Below, one piece after another: positions 25,906 to 39,900 of a DNA stretch of 64,000 nt. The DNA is from Amoeboaphelidium protococcarum X5 (taxonomy: Eukaryota; Fungi; Aphelidiomycota): NCBI GenBank assembly GCA_023515725.1, contig JALDTO010000235.1, forward strand, positions 584,597 to 648,596, given 5' to 3'. A program made the translations under genes and the position numbers. Below the pieces are notes generated by a model, which saw only the letters and a program-made list of their open reading frames with translations, did no database searches and was not told the DNA's origin. Every line of letters starts with the position of its first letter. Position 1 is the first letter of the stretch.

Positions 25906-27615
25906 TCAATTAGTCGTCTGCAAACCTTTCAGACCACTCAGATGAGTATTCAGCTCGTCCAACTACCAGCGGAGATTGTGATGCTACAAACATTTTTCAA
26001 TGATAAATTGCAGTTGATTGACATGCTGAACAAAGTCTGCCTTCCACTCGACAGATGAGAAATCGAATGTATGCCACTGCAGTACAACAGGCGCCAGCTA
26101 ATTATTCCGAATCTTCTCCTCTATCAGACGGGCTTTCTACGCTTTTAATTCCGTTCTGTGATTAATAATCAATTCCCAGCTAAAGTTCTCACATGTAAGC
26201 TACAGAATCATGACACCGAGGAGCCAAACGTCGTGATTGCTATGAATTAAATCATCAGGTGCATTGTCTCGAGCGTTTACTTCTTTAGGAGATGCTGAGC
26301 CTATGCTCCTAGACAAATCATAATCAATCAGCGTAACGTCATCGCCAGATTTCCAGCAAATATTGGGCGCTCTTATATCGCAATGGCAACTATCTTGATT
26401 CCTCTATAAATGAATGAGTATACTGACAACTTGGTTTAAAACTTTTAGGAGCTTCTTAAAGTCACGAGGCGGATTATGATACAAGTCGCCAAGCTCATAA
26501 TAAGGCATCTTTAGAACATTATCATGCTCTATCCAGCCGTTACATAGAAATGAATCAGTTATAATATCATACTAAACCGGATAAGGATTTGCGGTCCAAC
26601 CACTATGTAGTTTGTATACGTATCCTTCGTTCTTATCAATCTTATCGCCCCGTTCAATGTATATAGGATCGTAGAATGATGGACAGGCAACCAGCTTGGA
26701 GGCGTTCACCTGCGGGAACACTCGGCACAGCAAATGCGGAGGAGTCCAACAATACTTGGCAACTGGTTGATTTAGTTCAAGGGATACATCTTGCAACTGA
26801 TCATACACTCTGAGAGCCCACAATACCCAGGATGTCAGACAGTGAGTCATTTACGCGCCGGAGAAGCGTTTAGATCTCCAAATAGTAATGGTGCCAGATT
26901 TATAGATATCAAATAAATCAATGCGCAACATATAAATACTCTTATGCGACATCAGCGGTACATACACATACCACTCTTCCCCAAATATACTGGTCACTGT
27001 CCGGCTTGGCAGCATTGGAAATACGCGCTACAAGAAACTGACGCCATACAGTCCAGCTTACCTGGTATGCTAATCTAGTTTATTCGATAACTCTCTATCC
27101 AATTTAACCTCCCCGAGAGGACCAATAACCTACTTACCAGCCTTAGATAGAATAAAATCAGGATTGCTGGCACGAGGGCCATAAACTCTGCTCATCATAT
27201 AGTTGTCTCGGACACTCTTACTTTGTCCAACCACATTTCGCGCAATTTCCACGTTTTGCTTCCACTCATAGCTGTGAGATGTTCCTTTTACAGCATTCGT
27301 CGCGCATTGAAGCAATGTCATCACATACTTCTAAGTGCCACTCACCTCGGAGTCCTCAGCGAGGCAGTCCAACTTGTCCAATTCAACTCGCACTAACTCC
27401 GCAGCGGATTGCACTTTTTACACGTCATTATCACTACTAAATCTGAGCAGATGGCTTTCACAGGTAAATTCCAAATCATCAAATATAGCCATCGCCCCTC
27501 CGATATCTATAAAGGAGCTTCCAGACGCATCAAGATACACCGGATTATGCTCTCTAGCGTTGACATAATCCAAGTCAGTATATCGCGCAATTTCATTTCC
27601 AAACTTGTTATTCAT
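25906..27615 (-). CDS. PD-(D/E)xK nuclease-like domain fused to a divergent protein kinase (Crinkler-effector-like), about 569 aa
   Basis: Intronless frame. NPDFILSK...GPLGEVKLD...RQAGLY, then kinase motifs GYVYKLH, LKMPYYELGDL, HCDIRAPNI, LIDYD, NAPD, HDVWLLG. Confidence 0.75.
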
Positions 27616-27975
27616 TGTGATTATATACAATATTAAGTCGCCAGCTATTTAAAAGTAAAGAAGTAACTGTCGTCGGAAGTTGCAAAGCGCTTAAATTACA
27701 CTGATTAGCCTGATTAGCCAAACACGATTGACTGATAGCGTGACGATGGTGCGTAAAGGGGAGGTAAGATATGTATAACTAACAAACTAGATATGTGATA
27801 AGTCAGAGATAAGTAATAACTCCCACTCTAGCATTCCCTTTAAGCCAATTCCACCTTCAGTCAATGGGCCATGATTCAATCAAATCTGTTTGCGGGCAAG
27901 CGCCAGACATCTTATTACTCAAACTTTTGATCAATTTTCAGAGATTGGTGCTATAGTGCGTTATAAATTAGAATC

Positions 27976-29349
27976 ATGCAGTAAGCGCTGCGGATAGTTA
28001 CGCGAAAATGCGGATATATGATATAGTTCCCAAAGAGCTTTGATGTTGCAGTGTAAGCTTACATTAAAGAGCAAGGTGATAATGCCAAGTTGAAGGAAAT
28101 CAGAGAAGATGTGGAGAGATGGCGTAATGCATTCAACTCTCAGCTTTAATTAATTGATATTGTATCATAATCAGCGTAATCTAAGTAGCTTCCATCCAGT
28201 CCTGTACTCAAGTATAAAGCTGTGAAGAAATAAGTGCTAGAATATGGGCCTAGAGAAGTAGTCGCGTACCTTGCTTCAAGACTGCCATCAAGTTATGCAT
28301 TACATCGACGCGTATTGGAAGAGTTGAAAGATTTGGATCCATAATTTACTCCTCAGTCTGTGATAGACTTTGGATGTGGACCTGGTGTAGGACTAATGTC
28401 TGCTCGTGACGTTTGGTCTAATCATAAACGTAATTGCCTGTATGAGTATTATGGCATTGACGTATCGCAACAAATGCTTGACGCCGCCGAGTACTTTGGC
28501 TAACTGCCACCATCGTTGGATCATGATAATAGCAGCGATAGTGAGCACAACAATACTACAAAGCTGAGATTGGAACGATATATCAGTTTATCTGACCCAA
28601 AAAAGTATAATCTAGCGATATGTGCCAACTTACTGACTGAACTGCCAAGTGATAATTCGCGTAGAATGACGCTGGATGCTCTGTGGTAAAAGACTGACAA
28701 GTACCTGGTAGTTATCGAGCACGGATCTGCTGAAGGCTTTAGAATAGTAAATGCAGCTCGTGATTATCTTTTAAACAGGTATGGTCCGAATGCAGAGGGA
28801 GGACTGTCAGAATCTTGCTCTGTCATAGCTCCGTGTCCTCATAGCTAAAAGTGTCCCATAGTCTCAAAATAGACAGATGGTTCACCTGGTGTGTGTAGAT
28901 TTAAGTAGCGGAATGGTATGTCTCAACTACTAATTAACCTTAAGAAGTCCAAAAGGAATTTTGAGGATTGGAATTACTCTTATTTTATAATGCGGAAGAA
29001 TGAACGTGTCTCTATTGATAATACTGAGCAGCAAGGTTGTATGAACGATAGACATTCTATTGATCTAGATTACAGTCGTATCTTGGGGAAGAAGTTGCGG
29101 CAGTCTGGACTTGTTGAGCTTGAAGTTTGTGCTCACTCTGGGTAATTAGAGACGATATAAATATCTAAAAGAGACGATGGTAAAGATTTATTCAAGTTGG
29201 CTAGAAAGTCAATACCCGGCCAGCGTTGGATCAGCAATCGTTAATAGAACGTTCCTAATGATGGTACAGTAGAAGTTTAAGCCAAGTCTCAAGATGCAGA
29301 GGAAATGTAAATTTAGAATGATGTGTTATCACAGCGATAGATAAAATGA
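27976..29349 (+). CDS. RSM22: Mitochondrial small-subunit assembly methyltransferase-like Rsm22/METTL17
   Basis: VAYLASRLPSSY, VIDFGCGPGVG, LVVIEHGSAEGFRIV, IAPCPHSQKCP, YSYFIMRK. Confidence 0.88.
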
Positions 29350-29386
29350 CAATTTAAAGTAATTCAATTTGATTGATAATACGATA

Positions 29387-32300
29387 TCAATTGTATTTGC
29401 TCAAATCTTTTTCAATATTGCTTAACATGAGACTAAGATCTGTATCTTGGTGACTGGTCAGGAACACTTTATATGAACCAAGCAGTTCCTACAACACAAA
29501 TATGTCCAACTCATCAGGTGACTTTATCCAGACGGAGATTAACTGGAGCAACTTCTCAAGTAAGAACATCTGCGCTCTGCTGACACTAAAGGGAGCAGGT
29601 TTTGACTCGAATAGCTCGTTATACGCACAAACAATATCCTTCTATGAGTATCCAGCAGCTGATAAGATATCAGGCACCCAGAAGTCTGGCGCGTCCATTT
29701 TTGCAGCCTCAGATTCAAATAGAGGTAGAACATGCTTCAATGGCAGCACAACTTCATTATTTCTGAATTTCTAACACAGAAACACCATCACACTATACTT
29801 GTCTTCAATTCTTGGCTGTTGATTTAATATGCTCTGCCAAATTGACAAAATCATGTCCATATCTTAATGCCCGGAGGTGGCGATAATCGACAACTTCACC
29901 TGATCCAAATTCAACTCCTGAGCCATGTTAAACAGCTCGGTGATGCTGAAAATGCGCAAATTCAAGTTGTTCAGAGTCTATAGATCAACTAAACCAGTTA
30001 CAGCTTTCAATAGTTCCCATTACACATTGGCGACATCCAACAAATCTTGCAGTTCTGACACAAACTGTTCATTAAATCCCTCAGTCATTTTACTCTCCGC
30101 AATACTGATGGCCAGTGTGAGCATCTCAATTCTCTTTTCCAAATCTGCCGGATAAAGCTCTGAAGTCGCGTATTCATACAACTTTTACACCGACTAAACG
30201 TACTAATTTTAGCTGCGATAATACAAACTCAGGTAAAGACCAAATTCTGCCTTCTCATACTATCTCTTCTCCAGATATTGCACCAGTTGAAGACATTGCG
30301 GCATTTTAACAAAGTATACCAACATTCCCTCTGCCACCATCTAATCATAAAAACGTTCCATAAAATACAAGTCATCCTAAGTATTCATCACGGAACTTAT
30401 AATTGGAGATGACTACAAAACAACATCCAAAGACTACTAAGACTAAGATTTCGCTATGCTTATAAAGTCTCTGACCAGATCCAATGCCATTTCATAACAA
30501 CTCAGCCTGTGTTTTACAGCAACAGGAAACTCTACCGGATTTCCAGCATAAATTTCGCGCTGATATCTAGTCAACAAATCGTCAGGATCAAACGCCTTTG
30601 CACAACCAAGAAGCAATTATAATCCCAGTTCAGGAGCACCATACTATTTGAAAGAGAGGACATAACTTTCCAATTGACCAATTCCAATTGAGCCAACAGA
30701 TTAGTGCAATAGCTGGAAAGCATCATCAATCAACTTTGATGGATCTCCCCTTCTCAGCGGTATGTTCTACAACAACTCCCTTGCTTTAAACAGCTTATTA
30801 TCACTAGTCTTGAAAAATTTCGGACACTTTGAAGATAGTTCTTCACACACTGGGGCGACATTAGAATTCTTGACGATCATCTAATTAATAAGAGCTTGAA
30901 TCATCTCTCTCATCTAACTCTATCCTTTAGATGTTGTTAATAAACCGCCAATTTCCTACTTGGCAAAATCACTTGGTCTATCCCCATTCAACTTCTTCCA
31001 AAGTCCATCAGCCTTCGGTGGAATAACGATAGATAAACACTGGATGCCCTGACTGAATGTATCAACGACATCGGCAAATGATTTAATCAACGCCAGTTCT
31101 TATGCATCTGTGACCGATCCAGAAGCTTGAATCTACTTGACAAACTACAATAATCCAGAAATATTCTGATACAATACAGTCAACTCTCCAGAATATTTCA
31201 GGTTGTTAAATTCAGACAACTAAGCGAACCATGCACATCTGGAAATGCGAGAAAAGTATAATACCAGCGAGTGATATGCAACGCTGAAATATGGCTATAT
31301 ATCAGCTCCCATTCCAGCCATAATTCCACCACCATTCTTAAAAGGAGAGTATTACTACTGCTGACCCTACTGTTACAAAGTCTACTACTAGAATGCACCA
31401 TCGAACCTTGACTCAAATTACAACTTATTTTAGTATGCGCGCTTAAAAAATAAAGACTAGGCACAAGATTTCAGCTGATTACTAAACATCTTTATTGATC
31501 CAGCAACGGAATCGGACGAATAGACAATAATATTATCAGCAGCGATGGCTATCAACATTGCATGATACTGCTCCTCTGAGAAAGAGTCAATAAAGCGTTT
31601 TAAATCCTCCGTCTCTTAGCCGTTGCAGCTCTTGAGCAATTCTATGAGAAAATCAATCGGCCTCTTCTTTATCGCAGTGTACATGCCTTCATTAGATAGG
31701 ATTTAATACGCTTAAGGATTAGTGCAGACCTGTGAACACAGATCATTCAATCCATTCTCAACACGTTTACTATTCGCATTGTACAGCGATGCAAATGACC
31801 AGATTCTATCTGAAGTAGGGGAAAAGTTGGCAGCCTCAACAAATCCGCGTCTCTACACCACCGCACCTACATCCAGAGTACTGAAAAATAAAGCATTTCC
31901 ATTAATGTTAGCTCCAGACAACAGGAAAGATCCGTTATTATAGAATGCAGTATCATATGAGGTGAGTGACATCTCTTCATCCATTGCAGGAAGACTTCTC
32001 AAGTGGGCAGCTTTCAACTCTGCTCTCTTATTTCCATCACCCTAACTCTAATAATAAACTCTGACACCGTTAGAAATGACAGCTAAGAGACAAAGCTCAA
32101 CTCCACTTGAATACTTGACAGGTGCGATACATTAAATATTCACCACTTCGATATTGTCCTTGATGAGGCCATTAGATAGAGCTGACACATCATTCCTAAC
32201 ATTTACACTGGACCCCTTCTCAAACTTGCCGTTAAGAGACAGATAACTACAAACATTACCATTGGCGCTCAGGGAATACACCAGAGATCTCTCTGCGTCA

Positions 32301-33172
32301 ACCACAAGATCAACCACCGCATCATTCTTTTTCAACTAGACAAAAGACGGTAGAAACCAAGAGATTGTAGTCTGACTAATATTGACCAGGTAACACTTTC
32401 TCCTGAACCAGCCCTCTTCCATGGCATAATGCAACTAATACAAATCTCCATCCCGGCATCCAAGTATGATCCTGCCTTCAAGTGCCCGGCAGCATAACAT
32501 GACTAGATCACCCAGTGCACATTTCAATCCAAGATCAAACAGAGTGAGTCCCTCAGGATTACTAGCATTAACGCCAAGAATCTCGACAAAGGAACGCGTT
32601 CCTACCACCAAGAGATACTCCAAAGTAGAAGCATCAACAACCAGATTCTATTGCACATTCTTGTCCACTTTAACCAACTCAACAAAGAGCACCAGATCGC
32701 TCAGTCCCTCATAAACGAAAAAATCTTGACGCTGCTGTTGAACAAATCTATTACCACCAGAAACTGCAGAACCAAGACGTTGACCATGACTAGATGGAAC
32801 GGTATAGATGTACAATTTATTGTCAATTGACGTCCACACTCTACCCAACTCTGGAAACTATCCCATAAAGCACTTGCTCTCCACAGACTCAATCTGAGAG
32901 AGAAGAAAACTAGGCAACGGTTCCATGGACAAGGTGACCAGTGCAGAGTACGGTGAACTATACGCACGCGAATCATTGCCACTTACTGAGCCACTTTATT
33001 AAATAGGCAGTTGAATAGAATCTTAGATAAGCTTTCGTCCAATATGGCTCACCACTTTATCAAACTCCATAGTTGACTGCTCTTTGTTCTACAGTCCCAT
33101 GTTCTACTTCTACTGGAGGGAACCACCATCTGATGTAACCTATTTTTCACTATGAAAATTAGGGCCCAACAT
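29387..33172 (-). CDS. NUP170: Nucleoporin Nup155/Nup170
   Basis: FMGQFPELGRVWTSIDNKLY, GRIILGCRDGDLYQLHY...GWFRKKCYLVN, LAVISNGVRVYY. About 1261 aa in one frame. Confidence 0.9.
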
Positions 33173-33500
33173 TGCTACTCTTTACTATTCTAATTAAGTA
33201 CTCTCAGATTCTTGAAAAATACAATCTATAAAGAATCTAAACACTGTGAGAAGAAGGTGAGAAACCTTGATGTTTAATGCTTGAAGACTGACTGAGAACG
33301 AGAACGCGAGAACGACAAACTGAGAGAGAAAAAATAGAAAGAAATTGGCGATCGCGTATATTGCGGAAAAGTCCCATAAAACAAGTAGTGCCAGGCATGG
33401 CTAAAGCGTTAAGAGAATATCATTTATTTATTAAATACCGTATCTCATTTATTATAATTATTAATTCTCCATTCCTCTTAACTAACGAAAAGCAATTCTA

Positions 33501-34067
33501 TCAATCGGTGCGATGAAAGCTCAAAACGGCTGCCGATCCTTAAGAACCCCAAAGAGAGATAAAAACTTGAAATTTGAAATCTCTTAGTGAGGCATTGGGC
33601 TTGACGAAAAAATGCAAAGCTACCACAGGGTGCTCTTTGTCGCGTCTCTTTCCCAAAATTTCCAACTATACATCGAATGCAGCCGGAAAGTGGCCGCCCT
33701 TTCTTCCACCATAGCCACTGATATCCTCATACACGCAGTTGTTCACGGCGAGGATTGCTGTCAGGTATGGTGTCGTGTCGTTCAAGGTGTAATTATAGGC
33801 GAATTCAGACTTTGCAGGAAGGCCAGGCTTATCAGAGAAGTAGCATTTTCTTACAGGCGGTTCATCAGCATATTCAGACCAATTGCTAACCACCTCATCA
33901 GTGTCGACTAAGTTTACACATACGCCATCCTAGGAGCAGCTGCTCTTTTCATTTACAGAACTGGAGCCAGCAAATATCAACTACTCGGATCCAACAGTAA
34001 TATCAGGCAGCACAGACGCGTAAACTAACGCGACAATAAGCGATAAAAGACCAATTTAAGTGAACAT
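33501..34067 (-). CDS. Small secreted protein of unknown function (188 aa)
   Basis: Signal peptide MFTQIGLLSLIVALVYA, four Cys, open frame to TGA33501. Confidence 0.7.
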
Positions 34068-34657
34068 CTTGGTGGTAAATATTCTATTTCCTTTCAATAA
34101 CAATTTATAAAAGAGCAGAAATAGAAATTCTGAGGTGCATCTAAGGGGGCTATACTAGTGTTGATTCTACAGAGTGCCCCTAGCAGTTTCGAAAATACAG
34201 TATAGGTGTTCGTTCACCTCTGTATCTCAATGTAAGTCTCACGACGAGAAGCAGACGGACAACATTTAATATTGTGTAATTCTTATACAATTAAACATGC
34301 ACTTTCAGTATGAATTGATAGTTTACTGTATGTTATATTCGAATGTAATATACCGTCAGACGTGAAAGTAGTAGAGTTATGAAACATTAACTCATAGAAT
34401 AGCCAAGCTCAAATTTGACTTTAAAACGCGTGAAATATCAATTTAAATGGAAATATTATTCATGTCGAGTCTCTCTATATCATTGTATAGATAGATACCT
34501 TTAACAGAATATTTCAAAAGAGTACATATAAAGCAGCAGGTGCATTGTTATAAAATCGACGCGCGAAGTTCTTCTTTTCCTCTTGGTTTGCTCTTACGAT
34601 TACAATTAATAAACTTGACGTTAAACAGTAAGACTTATTATCTCTGGGCTATCAACT

Positions 34658-36859
34658 ATGAACGATTGGTATTCACTTTAAAATGTTCATTATAGAAAGA
34701 CTTAGCTGTGGTAGAATGATACCTACAGATTAAACTGGACAGATTTAAAAGTGGTCATGAATACGAATGGTAGATTGATGGCCATGTACTCATAGAACGC
34801 GGATACCAAGTCTTTGAAAACAACGATCGATGTGCGCACTTTGACTGGTCATTTGGTCTCTAGTATTATCATAGATCTGGGTATTATTGTCGGTGTTGGT
34901 TGGATTGAAGACGATCTTATAGTTGTGTTGGAGGATGGTTCTGTTAGGCGATACTTTTAATCTGCTTCTTCGACCGCTTCTGCGTCAAATGGTGATGGCA
35001 GTAGTGGGTGGAGTTATGAGATGCATTCCATCATTAAAGATTCTTCGGTAAGTCTGTTGGATGTACAGTTTAGATTTAAGAAGATTGTGGTGATGACATC
35101 GTAATTCAAGTTTATCATGATTGATGATTGCCGCACTATGAACACTACTCTGTTGAAGGTTATTCCTCTATTTGAACCTCCATTCTCTTGGTGTATACTC
35201 AATTCTGCTACCAAGTCAGTTCTCATATCAACCAGGGAGTCTGTGATGCAATCCGATATGGATAGCTGCCAAGTTATATGTAGTCCTTCACACGCAGTGA
35301 CCAAGAAGATGTTCGCTGTTAATATGCAGATGGTTCTGAGTAACAATGGCAAGTTGTTGGCGTGTTGCGACACTAATGGAAGTGTCAAAGTGCTTAGCTC
35401 TGATTATACCAAGCAGTATCTTGACTTTGATACAGAGACTATCCCCCAGTAATTGAGTTGGTGTGGTAATGATTCTATTCTTGTGCAGTTGGATGATGGT
35501 ATGGTACTAATGCTCGGACCATCGGGGGATTGGATTAAATTTGATTATGGTAATAGTATGGATTCTTAAAGTAGTAGCATTCTACCTATATACATGCTTA
35601 ATGAATTGGATGGCTGCAGAGTTATGCACAGTGGGGGAAGTATCGATTTCTATAGCAGAGTTTCAGACTCGTAAGAGCAAGTTTTTGGTATTGGCTCCAC
35701 TTCATATGGTGCTCTTCTTTATGACGCTTTTATGAATTTTGAGGCACGTGATTGCGCCAGTTTTAACATTATCTAGAGCATTAAGGATATGGCTGGTGCT
35801 ATAGATGTTTTGCTTGATGCCGCTCAAGTCGAGCATCATGTATCAGTTCAGAAGCAGTTGTTGCGAGCTGTAGCTTTTGGACGTTCCTTTCATTCAGATG
35901 CTAGTTATGCATCGCAAGAAGCTCAATCATTGATTAAAGACCTCAGAGTGGTATCTTAATGTAAAGATGAAGGCTTGTTGTTGACTTTTAAGCAGTACCG
36001 AGACTTGACACTGGATGGTTTGTTGAGAACTCTACTATGTCTTAATAAACACTATCTCGCCATGAAGATCACTCAGTACTGCAATGCTAAAGTGTAGTTT
36101 GTAGCCAATGACTGGGCCAAGAAGAAGATTTTATAAAGCAAGTTGAATGATGAACAGCTGGCCAGTCTTATTTTATAGAAATTGGGGAAAGATGTCTCAT
36201 TTGCACAACTTGCTCAGGTTGCTTACTAAATTGCTCGGCCGTATCTTGCAAGTCTTCTGCTGCATAAAGAGCGTAATAGTCGTAATCAGATACCAATGTT
36301 GCTGTAAATGAGATAGTATGACAGCGCTTTTGAGAAGGCGATTCAAAGCCATGATGCGGACTTTATTTATACAGCCATATTTGACATTCGTCGTAACGTT
36401 CCTCTGCCTCAGTTTCTCTAAATGCTGCCAGATTAACCTCTTGCCTAGACTCTTTATGTTAAATATTTGAAATAGCAGGATATCAATTCACTGTATGGTT
36501 ACTATCATGGTCTAGATGACAAATTGATGAATGCTATCACATTTTTATATTAAGCCGGATAGTGCACAGATGTGAATGAACGTTTAGACGCTTTGTAGTC
36601 GTCATACAAGATGTTGAAAAACGTGAAATCCAAGCCTTGGTATTTAAAATCGGTTGACTCAGAGTGCAAACTTCTAACGCAATAGCTGAAATTGGAAAAG
36701 GAGCATGTGTTACACCTGGTAGGTAAGTCTTTGGCAGACACAATACTTGTGATGTTACAGAACGGAAAGGACAAAGCTGCATAGAGTTTGAAAAGCAGTT
36801 TCAAGATGCCTGATAGGCACTTTGAGGCGATCCTCAAGCGGTCAATCACATAAAAATGA
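34658..36859 (+). CDS. VPS16: HOPS/CORVET subunit Vps16
   Basis: MNDWYSL..VHYRK, LSNNGKLLA, LSWCGNDSILV, ELDGCRV, QKQLLRAVAFGRSF, KAIQSHDADLIYTAI. Confidence 0.9.
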
Positions 36860-36935
36860 GAATATAACTAATTAGGAATAGAATTGCAATTTCGCCTCAT
36901 TAATGCCGTTTTAATAAACATACAGATAGAACTTT

Positions 36936-39900
36936 TCATAATCCTTTTAAAGCGACAGCTATAGGCTTCTTGTTAAAACTGTTAATCGGTATATAACTGC
37001 CAAAAATAGCAAGACCGATAGACATCAACAACACTACAAAGAAGAGCAGCGTGGGGAATATCAGTTTGAACGGCAGCTCGCTGAATAGATTAGATTGCAG
37101 CGTCAGAGTAGATGCAGTTAGTAGACCCAATATCAGGCCCAGTATGGCACAGGAAAGCACTATTGCCACGGCTTCGTATATAAAGATCTTGATCACTGTA
37201 TTGCTTGCTAGACCGATTGCTCGCAATACTCCGAGCTACCACGAGTTCTCTCTAACATTGGCAGTAAACGACAACAGTAACACAAAGAAGCTTAACAAAA
37301 CACCGATTAAAGCCACAAACACGAACAGAACATTAATCAAAGACGTAGCACTTTCATTGGCAGCCTTCTAACTTCTCAAATTCTGTACAGTAAACTTGTC
37401 ATTTGCAAGCAAACTGTTCATTTAATTAACGAATGCCTAAACTTACAAATCGGTGGCGTTTCCAATCATTTTCACAAGACATGTTCCTTTCACCACATCA
37501 CTCACATTGATATCTTATAAAAATGTACGTTAACTGCTACCACCGCCACCAGAACCAGAGCCGTCAGCTTAAGAATCCACGGCTGTTTCCACATCTTCAA
37601 TAAACTAAGCATAATGATTCATTGAGACTAAGACTGGGGTCTACGAGGTTATTAGTCGATTGATCTATGAGAAGTATGGCATTTTCTAGAGCATAGCTAC
37701 CGGCATCGCCAAGTAACTTCTCTAATTCGGATACACTGCAGTAAAGAAGATATTCAGAATCAACCTACTTTACGCATCAACTGTCGCCTTATCCCTGACA
37801 CTTTCCGAAATTAATACTGGAATTACATCTTGATATGCCTGGGATGTATTTTGATAATAACCAAAATTATCTTGCTGCGCATTTGATCCTACATCCGCGG
37901 GCGCTTTCTAAATCGCCTATTAAGATACATTAGAGAACAGCGCACGAACAACATCTGGCTGTCCATTAACATAAGTGAATTAATAATCTGCATAATTTAC
38001 CTAAGATGGAACTGCATACTCTCTAAGAGCAACATCGAGGAAATTTTCTTCTACTCCATACACTTGTGAAGTGGCAGCACTGACATACGCCAGCCGATGA
38101 AAACTAGTTCCGGTCACAGTGGGTGCCTAATTAATTGGATAGGTGACAAAGGTGAAGCCAGCAACTATTCTATCCGCATAGTTAGGAGCAGATGAATTGG
38201 GTAGTAACTGAGTCAGCGCCTGTCTCAATTTCATTTCTGGTAAAGGCAGCTGATATGACGGTCCACTTATAACAACATCAGCACCTAGGAACCACTCTAC
38301 ACTTTGATTCAGAGAACTAATCTACAGAGTAAACATTGTAGACGCAAATATGATATAGCCAATACACAAAGTGAACATCACAGCAGTTTTTCGATTTCTA
38401 GGTGCATGCGCATTCATATTCTTAATGATAACTTCAGTAAGTGAAGAATCGAGAGCGATAAAGGTCATCACGCGGACCAAGAATACAGATAGATACCTCT
38501 CCACAGCCTGAAATACTATGGTGAGACCAAACACCATCCCGAGCAAGATGACCGTCATAATCCGAAAGAACATACTTAAATCTCCAAAGATAAAAGACAA
38601 AGGAATCAAATAATACACGATAAAGCCAGCCACAACAAGAAATATAGCAATAGCCGTCTAATTTAGACTCAATCCAATCTCCTCGAGTCGCTTAATATTC
38701 AAAGTAGAATCTTGTGCAGAGTTGTGATACATGTCAAGTGCATTACGAACAGTCTGGCTCAATGATCTTCTGATAGGCACAACAGTTCCAATAATAGGAA
38801 GCAGGAGACCACAAATTAGACCAAGAGCTATAGCAGATGGAGCAAAATTGAGATTGATGAAAACGCCAACAGAAAGCGACAAATAATAAGCAATGGGAAT
38901 GTAGAACATGTAACAGAGCAGAAGTCCAAATACAACTGCAGGAATACTGAATAACAAAGACTAGAATATTAGCAAGACAATTAGGCTACTAGAGTGAAGT
39001 CCCAACATTCTCAGCATACCATACTCAAAAGTCTTCTCTTCAGCATCAGAAGTCATCAGTGAGGTGATCAGAATAAACGCCAACACAATCAATACAACCA
39101 CGATGGTGAAAAATACTTCACTCAAGAAGATTTGTATAAACTGGGATATGGATAAAGCCTGATTAAGAACGTCTGTAAGCTAAATCGGATAATCGACACC
39201 AACAGTGCTCATAATAGCATTAGACGCGGCCATTATGGAAGCAGATCTTCCATCTTCATCTTGCATGTAAAGGACTCCTCTATCTTTAAGAACAATAGCG
39301 GCAAGCATAGCATAATACTCAATGTCAATGTTAGATGGTATCTATATCTGGGGAGTCGGAATAAGAGGATTTCTCAATTACAACAACTGGCTCGCTATCG
39401 AATTAAGATAATCATCAATAATCTGCTATGCAAAATCTTGTTCGATATACACCACATTTCCCAAAGATTACGGATACACGCCCGACGGACTATCAATGGC
39501 ATCGATCACTGAGCACTCAAAATTAACATTAAACTAATTGAATCTCTGCAGTCTATCAATTAAGGTTGTGGTGTTTAGGTACAAAGTACCATTTATGATG
39601 GTGGCATTATAGTTGTTTACTAGCTCCTATTGCAAAGCAGGAGGTACGGATGACTACGGAATCTCGATTACAGGAGGAATATTGCCAGAACCTATGGGAT
39701 TATCAGAAGATGAAGAATCAGGTGTGGTTGTCTAATTTCCACCAGGCACGGTTTGATCATTACTAGGATCCACTGCAGGCGGCGGTGAAGGTGCATCAGA
39801 CTAAGGTACAGCTGAAGAAGCAGGAGAGGGCGGCTGAGCTATGGGAGACTGAATGCCACCAATACCTTGACCATTGGCAAGACTTTGTAGTCCAATGCTC

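Noticed and set aside
25664-27975. Transposon boundaries around the nuclease-kinase gene
   Set aside because: Only a short hairpin (about 25789-25812) and a CTGATTAGC duplication (about 27701-27718) were seen. No terminal inverted repeats or target-site duplication were found.
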